Shown in pieces: positions 55,330 to 64,000 of a stretch of DNA of 64,000 nt (the stretch's first letter is position 1; every line of letters starts with the position of its first letter). Source of the DNA: Cyanophora paradoxa CCMP329 (taxonomy: Eukaryota > Plantae > Glaucophyta); contig QPMI01000563.1 in assembly GCA_004431415.1 (NCBI GenBank), forward strand, positions 163,627 to 227,626, read 5' to 3'. The notes beneath the pieces were generated by a model. It was not told where the DNA came from, made no database searches, and was given only the letters and a program-made list of their open reading frames with translations. The position numbers and the translations under genes are program-made.

Positions 55330-56683
55330 ACGAGAGTATCTCATGAGATAGATGAGAGAATAACAGGTGTGTTTTCAGGGTTGGAGAAATCGGAGAAACA
55401 TAGAGTATTGCGATTTCCGAGTTAGTTGACACTGAGAAATTCAGAATTTCAGATGGTCTTACTGAAAATGGTCAGATAATCGGGTGTGACACCTATTTAA
55501 TTGACTGTGACGCCTGTGACAGGTGTGACACCTATTTTCAAACTTTTTAAAATTCTCACAAATTACAGACTTCTGAAAACACCTGTCACACCTGTCACAC
55601 CCGTCACACCCAATTAACAAAAGACTCTATTTCTTACTGAGATATTCAAGAATTTATTGTTGTCTTACTGAAAACAGTCTATGTGACAGGTGTGACACCT
55701 TCAAAATCCACCCAACAATAGTCGATTTCATGAATACCTTTCTGTCTTACTGAAAATGGTAAGGAGACCAGGTGTGACAGGTAGTTTAATTGAGTGTGAC
55801 AGGTGTGACAGGTGTGACACCTATTTTCAAACTTTCTAAATTTTTCAAAAATGACAGACTTCTGAAAACACCTGTCACACCTGTCACACCTGTCACAGAC
55901 ATTCTACCCCTCTTACTGACTTTCTCAAAAACAAATATATCTATTACTGAATATCATTTGAATACTACCTGTCACACTTGAATTCAATTATTCTGTTTTA
56001 TAGAACATATGCAATCTAATCGATTGTTCAATTGGAGACCATGCAACTCTGTGACACTTTTTCGATCTAAAATATAAATCCGCAATCTCATCGATTGTTT
56101 AATTGGACATAATGCAGTTCCGATATATTCCAATAGAAAATCCCGCAATCTAATCGATTGTTTAATGGGAGATAATGCAACTCTGTGACACTTTTTCGGT
56201 GCAAAAATGTACATCAGCAATCTCATCGATTGTTCAATTGGACACAATGCAACTCTGTGACACTTTTTGCGTTTTTCGATACAGAATGGGCGGTGGTCTA
56301 CTTCAATACATGAGAGATATATCGAGTTTATGCGAATTTATGCAATTTAATCGCAATTATATCGATCTTTAAGCAGTTTAATGTTAATCTATCGCAGATT
56401 TGTATGTAAACAACAAAGTACATAATCAATCGATATAAGATCAATTGAATCTATCGAAGTTTAATCGAAAATATGCATTTTGGTAAACGCGTTTTCATTT
56501 TTAATACAAAGTTTGCATTATTTTATACAAAGTTTGCATAAAAAGTTTAAGAAATTAATCGAAAAATATGTATTTTAGTATTAAATTAACACATATTGAA
56601 AAACGAATTTAAATCCAGAGTGAATCGAGATCGCGAAGCGATCGAGATGAACGAGGGATTTAAATTCGTTTTTCAATATGTGT
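55330..56683 (-). repeat. Right terminal inverted repeat of element B
   Basis: Reverse complement of 20133-21486, with the terminal hairpin at 56589-56683. Confidence 0.95.
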
Positions 56684-57664
56684 CCCCCAGAACTAGAGGG
56701 GAGCTGATGGGCAGGAGGGCAGCAGAGGGGCGAACTTGATCATGAGCTTGCGATTGGAAGGGCGGCAGCTGGCCATAGCCGTCGGATCGCAGAGAGCGCC
56801 AGCAGCCGCGGGGCGTGCTATAAAGCTTGCCGCGTGCCGTCGGCTCGTCGGAGAGCTCGAGGTCATATGCGTGGAGGGAGAGAGGAGCGAGCCGCAGCTC
56901 GATCGCGAGTCCCCTTTGTCGCAGGAAATCCGGAGCAGCGCTAGCGGGGGAGACGTCGAAACCAGCCGCGGCCCTCGGTCCGCCCGCCCAGAGAGCGTCA
57001 TCGCAATGTCCGCGCTGCTCGCGATTGGAGCGCGCGCGCGCCGCCGGCGTGCGGCGCGGAGAGTCCGATCCGCGGCCGAGATCTAGAGTTTCGGCCGCGC
57101 GCGGGCCACAGCTGCAGTTACAAAGCTTCTACAACCCTGGTAGTCCCGGCCTGTGCAGCCGAGCTCCTGATCATGGGCTGAGAGGTCGAGGAGTCGAATC
57201 GAAGCGTGCGCTCGCCACAGCCAAGGGCTCACGGCTGCCGATCGCAACCGTGCAAAGCGCAGCCCGCAATTGGCGGCGGCTCTGGAAGAGCTCGCGTCGG
57301 TCGCTGTTAACGTCGTCTCTAAATAAATGTGCGCTGAAGCGAGTCGCGCGCCGCTAGCGCTCACTTGACGAGGCTATCTAGATCTGAAGCTGGGTCTACG
57401 CGCTTCGCCGGCGCATGCGCACGTGCACGCGCGGGTTGACGCGCAGCGCCGGGCAGAACTCGCGATCGGGAATCGGGATGTCAAGCTCTTATTATCATCG
57501 CACACACACACACATATACGATGCAGGCTGCAGCTGCGCATGCGCGCGGTCCATGCATGCGCCGCAGCCTCCTGCAGATCTAGAGTCAGTGCAGACTGCC
57601 GCGCGCGCGCGGCCCGCCGCCGGGCCGCCGCGGCCCGCCGGGCAGACGGTCTGCTTACCGTAGC

Positions 57665-57770
57665 TCACGAGTCATGAGTCATGACTCATGAGTCATGACT
57701 CATGACTACCGTAGTACTAGTCATGACTCGTGAGACTCACGACTCACGAGTCACGACTCCGACTCACGAG
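57665..57770. repeat. Palindromic microsatellite (TCATGAG/TCATGAC, CACGAC units)
   Basis: Directly visible. Confidence 0.75.
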
Positions 57771-57836
57771 CAGTGAATTTAATATTTCACTTTCCAAACT
57801 TTCACCTTGAAAGTTTTCATATAAATTTTCAGAAAC

Positions 57837-57918
57837 TTTTCACTCCCGGAATCTGGCGCTGAAAATTTTCACTCCCGGAATCTGGCGCTGAAAATTTTCA
57901 CTCCCGGAATCTGGCGCC
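57837..57918 (+). repeat. 29-bp tandem repeat, about 3 copies
   Basis: ttttcactcccggaatctggcgctgaaaa. Confidence 0.85.
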
Positions 57919-58379
57919 GATGTACATGGCGGATAGTTTATTCATTATGGCCATGGGCAGCTCCTCTCGTGTCTGGGCAGCCCCTGTGTGGAGAGATGTA
58001 GCAGATTCGCTTTGCAAGTAAACTTTGTATGGTGAAAATATTTGCTGAAAGTTTTCGATCGAAAATTTACTGAAAGTTTTCAGGGGGGGTTGGAGATAAT
58101 AAAACAAGATCCGTGCTCCTGCGGAGCACTAAGTACGGCGAAGCCTCGCGGACGCCCTCGCGGCTGTCACAGTAGGCCTATGTATAGGGCACTCAGCGAC
58201 TGGCCAGCGGCCTGGCCGATCGCGAACAGCTTTCTGCAGCTGGCTGGAAGCTGGCTGGCTGACGGCCAGTCCAGCTAGCGCTGGCCGGCTAGAGGAATAT
58301 TAATTTACTGAGGAACTAAAGGGTGGAGCAGATTGAGAAGAGATTAATTATAATATTGTTGGGAAGGAGGCCCGGGAGG

Positions 58380-59150
58380 GGCGAGGTTCTCGCGGCCAGG
58401 CGCATGCACAGAGCCTGCGAATCGCTTAAACAGAATCTCGCGATCGAATGCATATAGCATCGATGTGCGGGGCTGCGGAGGCGAGGGCGCGCGGAAAGAC
58501 GTGCAGGTCCATGCAGGATCGAATTTTCGGGGTCGGCTGGATTCTCGCGCCCTGTCGCGTCCTCGGAGCTCGCGAAAAGCTTAACAAAGATCTCAAATTA
58601 CTATTGTAGCGATGCGCACGCGCGAGGGTGCGAGGGCGTGCGGAAAGTTGTTCAGGTCTGAAGAGGATCGAATTTTCTGCCAGGCTGGGTCGGCTGGGTC
58701 CTCGCGGCCCGGCACATCTGTAAAGCGTGCGGAATGCTTTGTCTACATCTCAAATGCTTATGCTATTGTTCCGCGCATGCGCCGCGGCGTGGGCGCGCGG
58801 AAAGATGTCCGGGCCCGTGCAGGATCGAATTTTTGCCGCCGGCTGGGTTCTGGTGCTCTTTCGCGTCTTCGAAGCTTGTGGAAGGCTTTGATAAAATCTA
58901 AAATGAATATTGTAGCGATTCTCATGCGTGAGGATGCGAGGGCGCGCGGAAAGACGTGCAGGTCAGTGAAGGATCGAATTTTCGGGGTCGGCTGGGTCCT
59001 CGCGGCCCGGCGCATCTGCAAAGCGTGCGGAATGCTTCTTCTACATCTTAAATGCTTATGCTATCGGTCCGCGCATGCGCCGCGGCGTGGACGCGCGGAA
59101 AGATGTCCGGGGCCGTGCAGGATCGAAGTTTTGCTGCCGGGAGCCTTCCT
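58380..59150 (+). repeat. Degenerate host satellite
   Basis: Recurring gcgcggaaaga.gt...ggatcgaatttt..gg.cggctgg at about 58490, 58640, 58797, 58945 and 59095. Confidence 0.75.
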
Positions 59151-60595
59151 GCGCTGTTCGGCCTCCGAAAAGCGGATTTCGGGGGTGCGCAGGCCCTGCT
59201 ATGTCTATGCGCGCCAGTACACCTCGATCGTGCGCGTCGCGGGACTGGCCGGAACCGGCCGGATCAAATTTTCGGCCGACTCGTCGCACTGGAGCGTCGA
59301 GGGCGCCCGAAATCGAGCTTGCGGCGATGCGCTCGCGCTCGCGCGTCATTTTGTATCGCTCTGGGGTGTTCCTGGCGCGTTTCGTCGCGGGACCGGGCGG
59401 GACCGGGTCCCACCTTCTGATTCGGATTGCATTTGTCGGAGGTTAAGTACCGGAATTGATCCAGAGGGGAATTCGATATTCGCGCGACGCCCACGGGAGA
59501 GCGGTCGTCTTAGGGGAGCCAGGACGCTAAAAATGGATCTAGAGAGGTCTGTGGGGGTTAGAGTAGGTGTGTTATTTGCGGCAATCGCGTCCGTGTCGAG
59601 GCAGAATTAATAATTCGTCCTCGAGGAGTCGCGACACGGAAATTATTTAGCAGGGGGGATCTCGAGTGGAAAAAAAGGTTAAAAAAGGAATTTGGACCCG
59701 TTCGTTTTTGGGTTTGAGAAAGAGGCTTCGCCTGATTTCACAAACACTGCTCACGATCGCGAGTCACGCCGCGGCGGCGGCGGCGCGCAGTGCGCCGCGC
59801 ACGAGACTGCCACGAGTCTGCTTGAAAATATTCGAATGATTCGATGTCGATACATCGCAGTCGATTCGCAGACCGTCGGACTGATTCGCACAGAATCGCA
59901 CTGCGGCAGTGATTTCGAAATAATGGCACTGCATGCATGTACATGTAAGTTAATTTGTAACACGGTAAATAATAGCTAGCACCGTGGCACGTGCAGGTGC
60001 ACGTGGTCACCGGGTCGGCCCGGCGGTGGCGTCGTGGGCCTGTGCCCGGCCACGCCGTGTGACGGTGGCCGCCCCGCGCCGCGGCGCGCGCGCGCGCCGC
60101 GCCGGCCGCGGCCCGCCGGCGGGCCGCCGCCGCGCGGCGCGGGCCGCGCGGGCCGCGGCGCGGCCCGCGGCGCGGCCCGCGGCATTAAAAAAAATCTTCG
60201 CAATTTTTTTGAATTGACGCCGAGTCGCCGACTTGTCCGAGCTCGAGTCGCCGAGCTTGCGAATGAAAACAAATACTAGTATTCCGTGGGGCCGGCGTGG
60301 GCGTCCGACTCCGGAGTCCGGATCCGGAGTCTGGATCCGGACTCCGGACCGGAGTCTCCGACGGTCCGAGTCGTTTCGAACCCCTGAGCGGACATTTCGG
60401 ATCGATGACTTCGAATTCCGAAATCGTGCCAGCAGTGGCCCAGCACGTCACGCTAGCTGAAGGTGCACTCACTGCACTGCCACATCATCGGCCCATATGC
60501 ATAGCCAGCTGCAGATCGACATGTACTATGATGTACAGTACGTATAAAGCCATATATAGACTGCCCATCATGGCATATATAGTGCACGGTCTGGC

Positions 60596-62772
60596 TTGCT
60601 GCGGGTCTGCGATATCTGGGATTGTACCACCCGGGGGTTCCGGGCTCCAGCAGCTGCCTCGTCCGCCCTCCATTCCTTTTTCCCTCGTCTGTGCTCCGCG
60701 CTCCCGGCAGCATGGCGCCAGGTCCTCGAGGCCCCTGCCCCGCCACCTCAGCATCTCTGGTGGTCTGGACCGGACGCCTCGGTTGCTCTAGATCTCCTTC
60801 GGGGCCCGAGCGGTACTTTTGTCGCCTTCCCCGTTCGCGATAACCAGATAATTCCACGGGTGCTGGATTACGTGCCGCGTGTTCCTTGCCGCCCTGCGGC
60901 TTCCCACCCTGTGGGCCTATCCTCTAATATTAATTCAATTCTGTCTCGTTTGCTTCCGCTGCACGTTTGCTTTAGCGCTGTCTTTCTCTCTCTACGTCGC
61001 GGAACCCTGCCCGGTCTTTTTATTCTAGGAGCAGGCCCCTCTGCCTTCCTTTCTCTTGATAATCTTGCGTTCACATTTGCTCGTATGCTCCCTCTCCGCC
61101 TCTCATCTGTTCGTCGCTTCTACTGCCTTGAGGTCCAGCGGCTTCGCGATGTGTCTAGCCACGCTCAGATGCCCGATGCTAAGTGGGGGTTTCCCGGCGC
61201 CTTGTCTCCGTCCCGTCTTCCTAATCTTGTCGTCCTTCAGTGTTTCCCGATGCTTTGGATCGATGCTCTTTACCGTTTGCATTTCAAATTGTATCGTTTG
61301 GGCGAGCAACAGTCGCCTCGCCGTCGTTTCTGTCGGGTTTGTAATGACGGATCTGCTCGCTCTCACGCGCACGTTTTCTCTGAGTGCCCGCTTTCTCGTT
61401 CGTTCTGGGATTTCATTCGTGAGCGCCTGAATTTCTGGGCTTCTACTCTTCCACCGGAGGAGCGTGAAGAGGTCGCAGTGCCTGACCTCTCTCTCTTCCA
61501 CATCCTCTCGGTTCCGGATTTATCTGGGCCCATCTTGCGCAGTAAAGTTAACCCCGCCTTCTGCCTTCGCTCACTTGGAGCGATCCTTGCTGGCGTATTT
61601 TCCATCCAACAGGTTGCTCGCGCTCGGTGCGATCTTGAGGAGGCTGACATTGATGCACCTTCTTACAACCGCGCCGCGCTTATTGCCGCCTGGGACAGAA
61701 ATATGTCGTACCTAGAGTTCACCATCCCGCAGGCTTCGGCCTTGTTGGAGGAGCGGCGCGCTCGCTTGGCTGCTGCTGACGCTGATGATCAGGCTGCCTC
61801 GGATGCTGACGCACATGATTCAGAGTCTGGTGCCGGTTCTCATCGTTCTAGTTCAAGCTCTGATTCTGACTCGCCCGACGCTCCTTCTTCGGGCGGTGCT
61901 GACAACCTCGTCTCTTCGCGTGACATCGATTCTGTCCTCCGGAATCCTGCGGAGTTTGCCGTTCGTGGGAATGTCCCGTTGGGGATCCCTGCAGCTGGTG
62001 GTCGCCCGCCTCCTGCGCCGTCCCCTCCTGCTCTGGCCCCTGTAGTGACCCTTGGGCCCGTTCCTATTCCTGCTCTCGCTGCCCCTCTCGACGCTCCTTT
62101 TCCCCCATTCCCTGCGGTCCCGATCCCTGTGCTCCTTGGCCCGCTGGCCCCGCCTCTACCTCCTCCCTCCTTACAACTTGCTGTCACGGGGCCTCTTCAC
62201 TTGCCTGTTCCCCGGCAGGTCCCTGGTCATCTTGCAGCTCCGTACCCCTTCTTACCTCTTCCCCTTGCTCCTCCACTTCCGCCCCCGCGTGGCCCTCTTT
62301 CTGACGTCCTCCTGGTTCAGCCCCCTCTTCAGCCCATCCTTCTTGCCCCCGCTTCTGCAACTGTGACGCCAAGCGGCACTATCTTTTTGCATGCCCCTCC
62401 CGCCACTACGTCCCTGGTCTCTTTGCGTCTGCATCCACTTTCCCGGGTCCGCTTGCAGGCCCCCTCGCCTCCAGAGCTCGCCATCACTTCGGCCTCCCTC
62501 GCCTCCGCTCTCGATTCTCCATACCCTTCGAATAGCCGCCTTCTCTCTCCTCCTCCGCCCTCCCTCCCCCCCTCGAGCTCCGGGTCCTCGGCCTCTGCCC
62601 CGCTTCCGAGTGTTGGCGAGACTGTCCGCATGCAGCTGCAGTGGACTGCCATGGCCAGTACGTAATTATAATTCGTGTACATGCATATGTACTGCGACAC
62701 TGCGAGTCTGCGACGTCGAGGGGTACTAGCCGCTGAGGGTCGCGGCGTGGCGAAATCAAGACGCTGGCGGAC

Positions 62773-62802
<30 letters not shown>
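60596..62802 (+). mobile_element. 5'-truncated non-LTR retrotransposon remnant (ORF2 C-terminus, Pro-rich tail, (TA)n end)
   Basis: CRVC...SHAHVFSECPLSRSFW zinc finger and AWRQVL motif; (TA)n at 62776-62802. Confidence 0.65.
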
Positions 62803-62803
<1 letters not shown>

Positions 62804-64000
62804 TTTCGGGATTTTCGGGGCCCGGGGGGCTTACAATTGCAAGCTATAGTTAGGCGGCACCGCTGCGCACTGCGGCACTGTATACATGTGGCATATATAC
62901 GGCGCCGGCAGTGCGCATATGCATGCCGCGTGATGCGCGGCACGCCGGCGCCGCCGTGACGCCGGCCGCGGGCGGGGCGTCGACGTCGCCGGCGCCGCCG
63001 GGCCGCCGGCCGCGGCCCGCGGGGGCCGGCAACTTGGGCGGCAAGTCGGCCACAACGGCCGGGCAGCCACTGGGCAGTTAATTGAATTCGAAGCCACACA
63101 ACTTGTGGTTCCCGTATACGTAAGTTGAAACTTGAAAGAACTAGCTTGTGAGTCAAAATTGTGACACAAGTCACACAACTAAGCCGGCCGCGGCGCCGCA
63201 TGCACTGTGAGTCTGCAGCTGTGAATTCGAATCAGTCGGACGTCTGTGCCACGGTGAATCTGTAATACACAACTTCGCAACTAGTATTTAACTTAGTAGT
63301 AAAGACCACTGTTCTTTTCATGATCAGTGATCACCTTTCCGATTGCCAATTTGCCACCCCGGTACCAAAAAAAAGTACCAAAAATCGAAATAATTAAAAA
63401 ATTACAACGTCATATGCATGACATTGCATGTTCATCATATGCATAACATAAATTGCATGTTCACGGATCCGGAATCACGGTTCACCGTTCACGGTTAAAA
63501 TTCACCCCTTAAAAGCTTCCAGTCAGGTACTTCTTGAATGGTCACCTGTCTGAATTTTAATTGCGTGGTGCCAGTCAGCCACTGAGTCGGCACTGACTGC
63601 CAGTGACTGCCACTCGAGCACGTTGTTTTTTTGGACATTAGTTGTTAATACTTGTACATGTTATCTTTCGAAGTTTCAAGTGTTCGAAGTGTGAGCATAT
63701 ATATATGCTTACTTTTTTAAGTGTGAGCATATATATGCTTATGCTTAAGTGTGAAAAGTAGTATATATTAAAGTTTAAATAAAAGCATTTCTAGGACATT
63801 ATTAGAAAATTACAAAATTGTGTTTTTACACGGCGATTCGCCACTATACTACGAATCGCGAAGGTGCAGTGCGCACGTGGCGCCGGCCGGGGGTGGGGGG
63901 AGAAATGTGAGGGGCCTGGAGGGGCTACCGGTAATTGCGGAGTCGACGTCTGCATCGAATATTAATTGATCGAAGAGCGCAATTGCAAGCTAAGCGCTGG

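Larger units (their letters stand above)
20133..56683. mobile_element. Endogenous Polinton-like virus, element B (TIR to TIR)
   Basis: 1354-bp TIRs with ACACAT...ATGTGT ends. Contains pPolB, rve integrase, primase-helicase, ATPase, MCP and pentons, with a sharp GC contrast to the flanks. Confidence 0.95.

Noticed and set aside
20133-56683. Adenain-type maturation protease expected of canonical Polintons and virophages
   Set aside because: No ORF with the His/Cys protease motifs was recognised, so the element is called Polinton-like rather than a canonical Maverick or lavidavirus.
56693-60500. Numerous ORFs in the GC-rich right flank, including 58612-59610
   Set aside because: Stop-poor GC-rich or satellite DNA with no recognisable domains.
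62730-62770. Hammerhead ribozyme-like CTGA...GAAA at the LINE 3' end
   Set aside because: The core is CTGAGGG rather than CTGANGA, and the required stems are not evident.

Overview
Eukaryotic (probably protist) GC-rich genomic DNA that carries two related AT-rich endogenous Polinton/Polinton-like viruses. Element A (<1-17695) is cut off by the window edge. It shows a primase N-terminus, A32-type packaging ATPase, major capsid protein, two penton-like genes, a patatin-discoidin lipase, a five-gene fibre cassette with a small phage-like gene, a DUF723-like zinc ribbon and an AdoMet decarboxylase. Element B (20133-56683, 36.5 kb) is bounded by 1354-bp terminal inverted repeats. It has the same virion genes in rearranged order, plus an rve integrase, a protein-primed PolB with a degraded exonuclease and a Prim-Pol/SF3 helicase. 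B's integrase is interrupted by an 8.7-kb GC-rich non-LTR (APE-RT) retroelement with a 16-bp TSD and an unusual divergent gene pair in its 3' half. B also contains a ~1-kb repeat-rich insertion. The most striking non-coding signals are (1) 3'-terminal hairpins conserved in structure but not sequence (28-bp stem, G-A mismatches, GAA loop) and (2) element-specific inverted iteron arrays that differ along with a swapped primase domain. Many ORFs carry single-base frameshifts; several checked lie in homopolymers, so assembly error is possible. Host flanks hold satellites, palindrome-rich low-complexity DNA and a truncated LINE. All family assignments come from motif recognition by eye; no searches were run.
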